The notes under the pieces: model-generated | The model's database searches: none | The model's input: only the letters and a program-made list of their open reading frames with translations | What the model was told of the DNA's origin: nothing | Shown: positions 16,916-25,630 of the stretch, piece by piece | Position numbering within the stretch: the first letter of the stretch is position 1 | How the letters are laid out: each line of letters starts with the position of its first letter | Program-made: the position numbers and the translations under genes | Assembly: GCA_902625325.1 (NCBI GenBank) | Contig: CACOAW010000002.1 | Coordinates: 84,347-148,346 of the forward strand | Source: an uncultured Candidatus Poseidoniales archaeon | GTDB lineage: Archaea > Thermoplasmatota > Poseidoniia > Poseidoniales > Thalassarchaeaceae | Direction of reading: 5' to 3' | DNA: 64,000 bases

Positions 16916-17440
16916 GTGGTTACCCAGGCCCCCTTATCAGAACAGTCGAGGTACACACTTCTGTCCCAGTGTGAGTCCCTTAGGGACCTCACAGAATGGC
17001 TGGATGGAATCGACAGGAGGCCCGGTCTCGATGAGCTAGATGCTCGACTCTCTTCATTGGAAGTAAACGTCGATGCTCTGGAGGATTGTATAGGGTATTC
17101 CGAGGATGGGTACCAGAGGAATGTAATCAAGAAGAATGAGCACTACGAACTTGTGGCCATATGCTGGACACCAGGTCAGGATACGCCCATACACGATCAT
17201 ACTGGTAGCGACTGCGCATTCCTGATCGTCTCTGGAGTGTCTACGGAGACAGTGTACGAGACTAATGAGAAAGGTTTGGCCTACCCAGTATCAGACAGGA
17301 GATACGTCCCAGGAGAGGTTTGTGCAGCAGAGGAGCCCGATATCCACAGAGTTTCAAACAACGAAAGAACTAACCTGATTAATTTGCATGTCTATACCCC
17401 GCCTCTTAGCGAATTCAAGATATATGCTCCAGCCGAGTGA
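16916..17440 (+). CDS. Cysteine dioxygenase type I (cupin)
   Basis: 'TPIHDHTGSDCAFLIVSG' closely matches the mammalian CDO 'IHDHTDSHCFLKLLQG' metal-binding strand. 'NLHVYTPPL' matches the CDO 'SLHLYSPPF' motif. GTG start; there is no in-frame ATG before the cupin core. Confidence 0.75.
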   Translation: MVTQAPLSEQSRYTLLSQCESLRDLTEWLDGIDRRPGLDELDARLSSLEVNVDALEDCIGYSEDGYQRNVIKKNEHYELVAICWTPGQDTPIHDHTGSDCAFLIVSGVSTETVYETNEKGLAYPVSDRRYVPGEVCAAEEPDIHRVSNNERTNLINLHVYTPPLSEFKIYAPAE

Positions 17441-18982
17441 CTAGCGGCCTCTCTCTGCCATCAGCTGGACGGATTGCTGCACCCACATCATCTTGGTAAC
17501 TCTTCCAGGTGTGAACTCCAAGGCATCATTGACGACCTCGGCCGTCACCGGGTCCATTTTGGAAATCTGATCGAAGGTGTGGATTCCAAGAACGTTAAGC
17601 TTCTTTTGCGAGAATTCATCCAGGCCCTGTATTCGAGTCAAATCGTCTGGCCTCTGTCCCTCTGCTTCCCCGATCTGGGCCCAGTTGATCTGAACAGCCT
17701 TGAGGCTGACCCTCTCTAGGATCAACTCTTCTCTTTCCATCAGGTTAGCCTTGAGCTTCAACTCTTCATGGGCTGCTTCCCTCTCGGCCTTCATCGCAGC
17801 TGTCTCGACCCCGACAAGAGCCTCTTCCTTTCCTTTCATCTCGCTCTGGATTTTCTCTATCTCCTGCTCGACCTCCTCAGCCTTCTTCGCTGTCTCCGAC
17901 TTGAATTTGTGACTGTCCTCTATCTCCTGTTGGACCTTGATCTTCTGTGCTTCGGCCTTCTTTGCCTCTTCCTCCACTCTCGCTATTTCCTTCTGCTTGG
18001 CCTTGACTTCCTTCTCCAAGGACTTGGCAGCTGCCATCTCCGTCTTCATCTGATCCTTGACGTCCTTCAGAGCATCTTTCGCTTCCTCGGCCTCTGCCTT
18101 CGAAGCCTCCAGGGCCTCCTGCTTCTTGGCCATGGTACTCTCCATCTTCGACTCTGCTAGCTCACGCTTTGCACGGAACTCCTCGAGCTGCTGTTCCGCC
18201 TTCGACTTCGCCTTGCCAGAAGCCTTGATTTGCTTCTCTGCCACTTTTCTCTCCATCTCGGCCTTCTTCAGCTCCGCCTCAGCCTTTGCTGCAGCCTTTC
18301 CTTCCTTAGCGACCTCTGCTCCGAGCTTCTTAGCCTCGGCCATAGCGTCCTTGGCTTCCTTCCCGAACTCCTTTGCAGCAGAGGTCTCAGACTTTATTTT
18401 CTCCTTTAGATCGGCTTCCTTGGCCTTAAGCTCCTCTGGGGAAAGCTTGGCGGAACTCTTCAGATCATCTAGGGCTTTCTTTGCAGCCGCGGCCTGTTTC
18501 TCTGCCGCCTTCCTCCCGGCCTCGGCCTTCTTCGCCTCGACCTCTGCCTTAGCAACTGCCTTCGCCTCCTTCGCGGCCTTTTTCGCATCTCCCATTTGCG
18601 CCTTCTTAGCAGCCTCCAACTCTTTCTTAGCTGCTGCAGCCTCTGCCTTAGCCTCTGCCTCCTTGGCTTTCGCCTCTGCTGGATCCGGTGTCCTCTTCGC
18701 CTTCTTCTTGGTCTCTGGTTCGGGCTCCGGCTCTGGTTCGGGCTCCGGCTCCGATGACTTCTTGGTCACCTTTCCATACTTCTTCTGTAGTCCCTTGACC
18801 ATAGTTCCATAGTTGCCTTCGAACTTTTTGAGTAGCTTCGGGATATTCGCGATTTGTTTCGAACGTTCAGGCTCCTCCAAGAATTGAGTATACGTCGCCT
18901 TGGCCAGCTTGGCTGCCTGTTGCGCGGTTGGTCCTGTCGCCACAGCGCTTTGAGGAAATCCATCACTTAAGGATTTGACCAA
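17441..18982 (-). CDS. K/A/E-rich coiled-coil protein with (EP)6 linker and one C-terminal COG3743-type HhH/H3TH module (paralog of 8541-10256 C-terminus)
   Basis: The C-terminus 'INWAQIGEAEGQRPDDLTRIQGLDEFSQKKLNVLGIHTFDQISKMDPVTAEVVNDALEFTPGRVTKMMWVQQSVQLM' aligns with both modules of the 571-aa protein. About 330 aa are alanine/lysine/glutamate heptad-like sequence. Confidence 0.6.
   Translation of the reverse strand: MVKSLSDGFPQSAVATGPTAQQAAKLAKATYTQFLEEPERSKQIANIPKLLKKFEGNYGTMVKGLQKKYGKVTKKSSEPEPEPEPEPEPETKKKAKRTPDPAEAKAKEAEAKAEAAAAKKELEAAKKAQMGDAKKAAKEAKAVAKAEVEAKKAEAGRKAAEKQAAAAKKALDDLKSSAKLSPEELKAKEADLKEKIKSETSAAKEFGKEAKDAMAEAKKLGAEVAKEGKAAAKAEAELKKAEMERKVAEKQIKASGKAKSKAEQQLEEFRAKRELAESKMESTMAKKQEALEASKAEAEEAKDALKDVKDQMKTEMAAAKSLEKEVKAKQKEIARVEEEAKKAEAQKIKVQQEIEDSHKFKSETAKKAEEVEQEIEKIQSEMKGKEEALVGVETAAMKAEREAAHEELKLKANLMEREELILERVSLKAVQINWAQIGEAEGQRPDDLTRIQGLDEFSQKKLNVLGIHTFDQISKMDPVTAEVVNDALEFTPGRVTKMMWVQQSVQLMAERGR
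18714..18749. repeat. Perfect 18-bp tandem duplication (TCTGGTTCGGGCTCCGGC x2) encoding the (EP)n linker
   Basis: Read directly: 18714-18731 is identical to 18732-18749. On the minus strand it encodes EPEPEPEPEPEP. Confidence 0.9.
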
Positions 18983-18984
18983 AT

Positions 18985-20244
18985 TTAGAGTTCAATCTCT
19001 TTCCTGTAATCATCGAAAACTCCTCGGAATAATTCGATGTCTGAATCAAAGGTTTCAGGTAGTAGCGGACCGAAAGAAAATCGGAAGAACCGAGAATAAG
19101 GCGACTCATAACTCGGGTCTTTCGAATGTGGACGTGCCATGTCGCAGTCAGTAGCGCATAGTATTGCAGCGCCGTGCTTGAACAATCGTTTGTTTAATTC
19201 GGAACTTGTCATACCCTCAGGAAGCTCTAGCCAGTGGTAGAAACCACCATCGCCAGTGTAAACCCCAAGCCCCATTTCCTCGAATGCCTCGCCATACCTT
19301 CCTCTTTGCCAGTTGTAATGCTCCTCCACTGCCTTCCTAGCCTTCTCGACTCTACTGGGCTCTAGGAGTTTGACCGCGTAGTGTTGGGAAGGATGACTGA
19401 CTCCACCCATGCCGAAGCTGGAAAAGTTGGACAGGGTCTCGATGTTCCTCTTACTAGAGACGATCCATCCAATTCTGATTCCTGGAGACTGCAATCCCTT
19501 TGTACAGGCCCCTGCGATGAACACGTTACTGTTGTCAAGATCCTCTATGAACTGAATTCCACTCACCGAAGGCGAGTGAAACATCTCATATGCCTCATCC
19601 AGAAGTATACCGTTTTTGGGACCCTCCGCCAATCTAATCAGATCCCGCAACTCATCCCCCCACCTTGTCTGACCGGAAGGGTTCTGGGGATTCGAGATAA
19701 TTGGCATCAGGCTTGTCTTTGCATTCAGACCGGATCTATCGAAGTACTCCTCGTTGCTGGGATGGAAACCGTTCTCCTTGGTGAACGGGACAATTTGGAA
19801 GTCCGTATCTGTCTGCTCCAAGATATCCAGATAGGCCGGCCACTCAATGTTGCCAATCCTTACCTTTACGTGATCTTTGAGGAATGCCAGAACAGTGAAT
19901 ATCCCTGGCCTACCTCCAGCGAACACCATAACATTCTCGGGCTCTACTTTCGATCCGTATTGGTCGTTGTAGTACCCCGAAATAGCTTCTCGCAAGTCCG
20001 GATGGCCCCACGCCTTCGGATAGAAGCGATCCTCCCAAGTGACATCCACACTGTCCGGTAGTGGGGGGCCTCCGAATTTCTCCAGAGGGGTGGTGAGTGG
20101 GAATCCCTGAGACCATGGATGAGTGCCCTTTTCTCCCATGAAACTGCCGAATGAATCTCTGAAGGCGTAGAGGGTCTCATAGATTCCCATTGGTGGGCAG
20201 TTGTCAGAAAGGAACGACTCAACAGGCACCCCACTATCCGGCAT
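18985..20244 (-). CDS. PLP-dependent aminotransferase, class I/II
   Basis: 'ISNPQNPSGQ' matches the NPxNPTG-type motif. 'AGACTKGLQSPGIRIGW' carries the PLP lysine followed by the GxRxGW motif. Confidence 0.8.
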   Translation of the reverse strand: MPDSGVPVESFLSDNCPPMGIYETLYAFRDSFGSFMGEKGTHPWSQGFPLTTPLEKFGGPPLPDSVDVTWEDRFYPKAWGHPDLREAISGYYNDQYGSKVEPENVMVFAGGRPGIFTVLAFLKDHVKVRIGNIEWPAYLDILEQTDTDFQIVPFTKENGFHPSNEEYFDRSGLNAKTSLMPIISNPQNPSGQTRWGDELRDLIRLAEGPKNGILLDEAYEMFHSPSVSGIQFIEDLDNSNVFIAGACTKGLQSPGIRIGWIVSSKRNIETLSNFSSFGMGGVSHPSQHYAVKLLEPSRVEKARKAVEEHYNWQRGRYGEAFEEMGLGVYTGDGGFYHWLELPEGMTSSELNKRLFKHGAAILCATDCDMARPHSKDPSYESPYSRFFRFSFGPLLPETFDSDIELFRGVFDDYRKEIEL

Positions 20245-20343
20245 GACTGTCCGTGGAGTATGTCACAAATTAGTTTGACCATCAAGAGGGGGTGTTCCAA
20301 ATGACGAAAAAACCGTTAATACAACCATTCTACTTCGACAGCC

Positions 20344-23300
20344 ATGAGCAACCGCATTGAACACAACAGGACTCCAGCACTAACCATTGCCATTCTATTT
20401 CTGGGCATGGCATTGTCCGTGGGATTACACCAACAAAGTGGGGAAATACTCGACAATGAGCCAACCTCAATGGAGACCCATTCTGGGCTTAATATGCCGG
20501 GTTCTACGGTAGGATCAATATACTCTCTAACCGCACTGGGAGCGTCCCATGGCTATACCTGCGCTGTCTTAGACAACAACGAAATGAAATGCTGGGGGAA
20601 GGCAGAAAACGGATCACTAGGGAATGGTGATGATAGCCAAAATCAGTATACTCCGGTAGGGGTAAATGAACTGAACTCGGGTACTTGTTGTTTTTCCGAT
20701 ATCGAGGAGACGAGCCCAGACGGGGACCACTCTTGCGCTCTCTCCGATGGTTCAGTCTACTGTTGGGGCCTAGACACGGCCGGACAAATAGGGCATGGCC
20801 ATCTGAGTTGTGTCGGTAATGGATACTGCGTTAACCCACACGGTCCATCGGTTTTGAATAGAAACATCGTGACCTTCACAACCGGCCTTAGACACACATG
20901 CGCGATAGCAGACGACTCGACCGCATGGTGCTGGGGAGAGAACGACTTTGGACAACTCGGAGTTGGCGACAATGACGACAGGAACGCTCCGACCCAGGTC
21001 TTGTTGCCAGCTGGAACGACACCAATCTCGATTAACGCAGGTGGGCATACCACATGCGTCATCTTGGACAACGGAACTGGCCTTTGCTGGGGCAAGAGCG
21101 ATTACGGACATCTCGGAGACGGAACTTACAACAACAGGAATGAGCCAACTGCAATCTCAATACTCCCTTCGAACAGGTCACTGGTCGCAATGGATTTGGG
21201 TGCTGGCCACGCATGCGGAATCCTGGACGACGGCACGGCTCACTGTTGGGGCAACGGCACCTTCTCCTCTGGAGAGTCCGGAGGTCGGTTGGGCGACGGC
21301 TCCAACGAGAGCTCCAGGTTCCCTCGAAGTGTCTCACTTCCGTCTGGAAGAAACGCTATTTCGATAGACGTGGGCGTCGATCACACATGCGCAATACTGG
21401 ATGACAGCAGTGCAGTCTGCTGGGGCCTGAACGAAGAGGGACAGCTTGGCGATGGTACCACTTCCAACAGTACGACGCCGGTCAACGTATCCCTTCCGCT
21501 CGGCTTGACCTTTGGGGAGATCTCGGCAGGGCTGTCTCACACGTGCGCAGTGGCAACAAATGGCTCCGTTTACTGCTGGGGGGATCATGAGGAAGGGGCT
21601 CTGGGTCTGGGGGAGGATGTGGATAGCGATGTCCCAGCCTACGTCGACTTGGGTACAGATAGACACGCTCTGATGAGCGAACGGGATAACGACGATGATG
21701 GCATTGTGAACATCCTTGACCCGTTCCCCGACGGATGCCCCTCAGGACATTACGCAACGAACGGCACTTGTGAATTGGTCGAGCCAGGCCACTACACAAA
21801 CGACCTACCGCCATATGAGCGATTCACCTGTCAACCAGGAACCTACCAACCGAGTTACGGCCAGCTGGATTGCATAGACGCAAGTCCCGGTCACTACGTA
21901 ACCGAACCTGCCTCTGCATCTCAAATCCCGTGTGCAGTAGGAAGCTACCAACCGGACTCAGGCGAGCTATCTTGTATCCAATCCGATCCAGGTAACTACG
22001 TCTCAGATGAAGGTTCGATACGCCAAAATCAGTGCTCTCTAGGAACCTATCAACCATCTTCAGGGGCAGCAGATTGCATAGACGCAAGTCCCGGATACTA
22101 CGTTAACGACTTCGCGTCGGAAGAACAGACCCCCTGCGCAGCAGGAACGTACCAGATTCTGTCGGGAGCAACCTCGTGTTTCCAAGCCGGACCGGGATTC
22201 CACGTCCCATCAGAGGGATCGGACTCCCAGCAGCAATGCCAACCGGGAACATTCTCCTCCCAGCAGGGGCAGGCAGACTGCACCGAAGCCTCACCAGGGT
22301 ATTTCGTAGTTGGTGTGCAGCAAAACTCACAATCCGCATGTCAGCCGGGCGAGTTCCAAGATACACCAGGGCAGACCTCCTGCCTTTCAACCACTCCCGG
22401 GCACTACACAGACTCGGAGGGCTCGGCAGAGCAGACCCAGTGTCCCGCTGGAACCTACCAACCCGACTCAGGACAGACATTCTGCATAGAAGCAGAACCA
22501 GGATTCTACTCCGATTTAGGCTCTACATCGCAGATCCAATGCCAGAACGGCACATACTCATCTGAGCCAGGGCAGGGGTCCTGCACCCCATCAGAGCCTG
22601 GGTTCTTCGTGGACCTGGACGGAGCCACTGGGCCGACTCCATGCCCTCCTGGACAGTTCCAGTCGGAATCAGGGTCATCCGGATGCGAGACGCCTCCCCC
22701 GGGCCAGATAGCCAGTCCGGACGGATCGGCCACGGTTGCATGCCCAGCTGGAAAGTACCAGCCCGGTGACCAGTCGATTTGCGTGGACGCTTCTCCCGGA
22801 TACTTCGTCAATGAAACTGGATCTTCATCCCAGAGCCCGTGTTCGCCTGGCACATATCAACCAGATTCGGGACAATCATCGTGCCTACCCGCAAATCCCG
22901 GCAACTTCATCGACACTCCAGGGTCATCAAGCCAGACACCATGCCCAACTGGTCAGTTCCAGTCTTTCGGTGGCCAGCAATCATGCACTCCTGCCATGGC
23001 AGGTCATCATGTACCTGAAGAGGGGGCGATGTCCCAAACCTCGTGCAAGGCAGGTAATTACCAGCCGGACGAGGGCATGGAAAGCTGCATACCATCAGAC
23101 CCTGGTTACTTCGTTCCTTCATCAGGCGCGATATCCCAGAGTCCCTGTCAACCCGGTAACTACCAGTCAGAGGGAGGTAAGGCAGGGTGCCTACCTGCCG
23201 ATCCCGGGAACTACGTCTCTCAAGCCGCATCAACTGAGCAGACCAAGTGCCCTTCTGGACAAGAGCAGGAGCTCAGTGGCCAGGCTTCATGCATCGATGT

Positions 23301-23460
23301 TGAGAGGCCCCTGTGGATGTCGATATTGATGTTCGGAGTTCCAGCCATACTGGCAGGAACCATGGCAATCCTCTACATATCCAATAAGAAGAGTGCCGGT
23401 CCAAGAGGCAAAGGAAAGTCATACATGTACTCCGAGGACATAAGAAAGAAGCAGCCCTAG
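20344..23460 (+). CDS. Large surface protein: N-terminal signal/anchor, 7-blade RCC1-like beta-propeller, ~16 Cys-rich GCC2/GCC3 (ephrin-receptor-like) repeats, C-terminal TM anchor
   Basis: There are seven 'CWG....G.LG.G' units, then a repeated 'C..G.YQ...G...C....PG.(Y/F)V...GS..Q..C' unit. An N-terminal hydrophobic segment 'ALTIAILFLGMALSV' is present, as is a C-terminal TM 'WMSILMFGVPAILAGTMAILYI' followed by a basic tail. Confidence 0.8.
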   Translation: MSNRIEHNRTPALTIAILFLGMALSVGLHQQSGEILDNEPTSMETHSGLNMPGSTVGSIYSLTALGASHGYTCAVLDNNEMKCWGKAENGSLGNGDDSQNQYTPVGVNELNSGTCCFSDIEETSPDGDHSCALSDGSVYCWGLDTAGQIGHGHLSCVGNGYCVNPHGPSVLNRNIVTFTTGLRHTCAIADDSTAWCWGENDFGQLGVGDNDDRNAPTQVLLPAGTTPISINAGGHTTCVILDNGTGLCWGKSDYGHLGDGTYNNRNEPTAISILPSNRSLVAMDLGAGHACGILDDGTAHCWGNGTFSSGESGGRLGDGSNESSRFPRSVSLPSGRNAISIDVGVDHTCAILDDSSAVCWGLNEEGQLGDGTTSNSTTPVNVSLPLGLTFGEISAGLSHTCAVATNGSVYCWGDHEEGALGLGEDVDSDVPAYVDLGTDRHALMSERDNDDDGIVNILDPFPDGCPSGHYATNGTCELVEPGHYTNDLPPYERFTCQPGTYQPSYGQLDCIDASPGHYVTEPASASQIPCAVGSYQPDSGELSCIQSDPGNYVSDEGSIRQNQCSLGTYQPSSGAADCIDASPGYYVNDFASEEQTPCAAGTYQILSGATSCFQAGPGFHVPSEGSDSQQQCQPGTFSSQQGQADCTEASPGYFVVGVQQNSQSACQPGEFQDTPGQTSCLSTTPGHYTDSEGSAEQTQCPAGTYQPDSGQTFCIEAEPGFYSDLGSTSQIQCQNGTYSSEPGQGSCTPSEPGFFVDLDGATGPTPCPPGQFQSESGSSGCETPPPGQIASPDGSATVACPAGKYQPGDQSICVDASPGYFVNETGSSSQSPCSPGTYQPDSGQSSCLPANPGNFIDTPGSSSQTPCPTGQFQSFGGQQSCTPAMAGHHVPEEGAMSQTSCKAGNYQPDEGMESCIPSDPGYFVPSSGAISQSPCQPGNYQSEGGKAGCLPADPGNYVSQAASTEQTKCPSGQEQELSGQASCIDVERPLWMSILMFGVPAILAGTMAILYISNKKSAGPRGKGKSYMYSEDIRKKQP
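20521..21655 (+). repeat. Seven RCC1 repeats (protein-level)
   Basis: CWGKAENGSLGNG, CWGLDTAGQIGHG, CWGENDFGQLGVG, CWGKSDYGHLGDG, CWGNG...GGRLGDG, CWGLNEEGQLGDG, CWGDHEEGALGLG. Confidence 0.8.
21736..23292 (+). repeat. ~16 tandem ~32-aa Cys-rich repeats (GCC2/GCC3-like)
   Basis: The first Cys codon is at 21736 and the last at 23290-23292. The spacing of C/PG/Y(F)/Q residues is regular throughout. Confidence 0.75.
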
Positions 23461-23502
23461 CGCATCGCACCAGTTATGTGAGGACATCCATCAGAGGGAG
23501 AC

Positions 23503-24549
23503 ATGAGGGACTACCCAGGTGACAGAGTTGACCTCCGAAGCGACACGGTGACACAGCCAACCCCTCCGATGAGGGAGGCGATGGCAGGAGCCAGAGTGGG
23601 GGACGATGTATGGGGGGACGACCCCACAGTGATCCAACTTCAAGAGATGGTGGCTGAAATGCTCGGAAAGGAGGAATCTTTGTTCGTTCCTTCCGGTACA
23701 ATGTCCAATACGATTGCGATTAAAAGTCAGACAAACCACGGTGATGAGATAGTTACACATCGCAATAGCCACATCTACCTTTGGGAATCCGGAGCATATG
23801 CGTCCGTAGCAGGCTGCTCTATCGCGTTTGTCGATGGACGATTGGGCCAGATGAGTGCGGAAGGAGTCGAAAGTGCCATCAGGAAGACGGCTGGAAGCAA
23901 CTATCACTTCCCCGACTGCAAGTTAGTTTGTGTAGAAAATACCGCCAACGTAGGAGGTGGTTCAATCTACAATCAGGATACCTTGGATGGGATCTGTCAT
24001 GTCGCCCACGAAAACGACTGTAGAGCCCACCTAGATGGTGCCAGGCTTTTCAATGCCGTAATAGGCAGTGGGACGGACCCAGATCGCATGGTCAGGGACT
24101 TCGATACCATCTCGGTTTGCCTGTCAAAGGGACTAGGGGCCCCAGTGGGATCTGTTCTCGTCGGTGACGCGGATACAATCACCCGATCTCGTAGGTGGAG
24201 GAAGACCTTCGGAGGCGGGATGCGGCAATCCGGAATACTGGCCGCAGCTGGCATCTATGCTCTAGAAAACAACATCGAACGACTTTCCGAGGACCATATG
24301 CGGGCCTCTAGGCTCGCTGAATCTATCAATGCGATGGACTCCTTCTCCGTAGAACTGGAGGGAGTCCAATCGAATATGGTCTACGTGCAGTGTATTGAAG
24401 AGAGCGCCAGTGAAGTGGCCAGGAGGCTCGCCGAACTAGGAGTAGATGTGAGCGTGGAGACAGACTCCATAGTGAGGGCTGTAGCTCATCTCCATATCAC
24501 TGATGGGGACATAGACACAGCCGTAGAGGCCTTCGAGAAATCACAATAA
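23503..24549 (+). CDS. ltaE: Low-specificity L-threonine aldolase
   Basis: '[34 protein letters not shown]', 'PSGTMSN', and the PLP-lysine context '[14 protein letters not shown]'. Confidence 0.85.
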   Translation: MRDYPGDRVDLRSDTVTQPTPPMREAMAGARVGDDVWGDDPTVIQLQEMVAEMLGKEESLFVPSGTMSNTIAIKSQTNHGDEIVTHRNSHIYLWESGAYASVAGCSIAFVDGRLGQMSAEGVESAIRKTAGSNYHFPDCKLVCVENTANVGGGSIYNQDTLDGICHVAHENDCRAHLDGARLFNAVIGSGTDPDRMVRDFDTISVCLSKGLGAPVGSVLVGDADTITRSRRWRKTFGGGMRQSGILAAAGIYALENNIERLSEDHMRASRLAESINAMDSFSVELEGVQSNMVYVQCIEESASEVARRLAELGVDVSVETDSIVRAVAHLHITDGDIDTAVEAFEKSQ

Positions 24550-24587
24550 CCCGTAACCGTTCAATAACCCCCCCTAGTCGAGTAGTC

Positions 24588-25610
24588 ATGAGGCGCCTCT
24601 GGGCACTAGTCCTGGTTGCACTCATCGTAATCCCGATGCAATCCTCTGCGGCTACGGAAAGCCTCTGGGACGATGCAAGGATAACTGGTGAGATAGGGGC
24701 CAGATATGGCACCATCGGAGGGATCTCGATCGAATTGTCCAATACGACCTATGAGGAATCCACATCTGGAATAATGGATCTGCCGAGCATAGTGGAGGTC
24801 TACACAGCCACATGGTGTTCCAACTGCATCAAGACCGAACAGGCCCTTGATGATGCGATCGGAGACCTCGACGTCACCAGGATACACTATCACAGACACC
24901 TCTACGAGACTCTGGACCCATTCGGAAGCAACTCCACCGACTCTAGATGGGTGAAAACCTACGGGGCTGGGTCCCTTCTTTCCACCGAGAGGTCAATGAC
25001 CGCATCAGACGGGGGGGTGGTGAAGATTCCCGGAACAGAAAGATCCGCTCCAAGCAAAGTCTTCGACGGAGAGAGGATGTACACAGGAATCAGCACAAAA
25101 TCAAACAGTCTGCTGACTGACTACTCTACCGCACTGGCATTGGGCTCGAGCCACCCCTTCTCATCAAATGGCTCAATCTCCCTAGAAGTGTCCGCTTCCA
25201 TGGCCATGCCAGCCAACGATAAGGGTGGGAACCATTCTGGAGAGATTCTGGACTACAACTTCCAGTGGGACATAAGCCTCTGGTCGGAGGAAGACTACCC
25301 ATGGGAGCTGAACACCTGGCTGATGTTCGTGGAAGATGTCGCATACCACCCAGAGGGAAGCAACGGGAAGGCGAACTACACTAATGTCCTTCATGAGGCT
25401 GTCAACGTGGGCACACGCCATTCAGGATCCTTCGCATTCGAGCCCCCCGAGCCATGGGATGGCGACGATATGTCCGTTGTCCTGATCGTAGACTGGGAAT
25501 CTCTAGATGCTTCCAATAGTTCGAATCCCATCCCGGCGCCGGGATTGACTACTCTTCTGTGCATGCTTGCCGCCTTGGTCCCTAGACGCCAAGAAGAATC
25601 CCGGTCGTAG
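24588..25610 (+). CDS. Exported thioredoxin-fold-like protein with single WCxxC motif and C-terminal hydrophobic anchor
   Basis: N-terminal signal 'LWALVLVALIVIPMQSSA', then 'EVYTATWCSNCIKTEQALDD', and the C-terminal 'PAPGLTTLLCMLAALVPRRQEE'. Confidence 0.4.
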   Translation: MRRLWALVLVALIVIPMQSSAATESLWDDARITGEIGARYGTIGGISIELSNTTYEESTSGIMDLPSIVEVYTATWCSNCIKTEQALDDAIGDLDVTRIHYHRHLYETLDPFGSNSTDSRWVKTYGAGSLLSTERSMTASDGGVVKIPGTERSAPSKVFDGERMYTGISTKSNSLLTDYSTALALGSSHPFSSNGSISLEVSASMAMPANDKGGNHSGEILDYNFQWDISLWSEEDYPWELNTWLMFVEDVAYHPEGSNGKANYTNVLHEAVNVGTRHSGSFAFEPPEPWDGDDMSVVLIVDWESLDASNSSNPIPAPGLTTLLCMLAALVPRRQEESRS

Positions 25611-25630
25611 ACCTTTGCCCAATCAGTGGG

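Noticed and set aside
16621-17130. 169-aa minus-strand ORF bridging pth2 and the cysteine dioxygenase gene
   Set aside because: It lies antisense to two genes with strong family motifs.
17474-18812. Several plus-strand ORFs (up to 251 aa) antisense to the 17441-18982 coiled-coil gene
   Set aside because: This is the same low-complexity shadow effect, giving Ser/Ala/Phe/Leu-rich translations. The minus-strand frame ends in a clearly homologous HhH module.
25560-25610. PGF-CTERM archaeosortase signal on the thioredoxin-like protein
   Set aside because: The tail has Pro-Gly-Leu plus a helix and Arg residues, but not the PGF motif. I cannot confirm that an archaeosortase exists, so I kept it only as a low-interest note.
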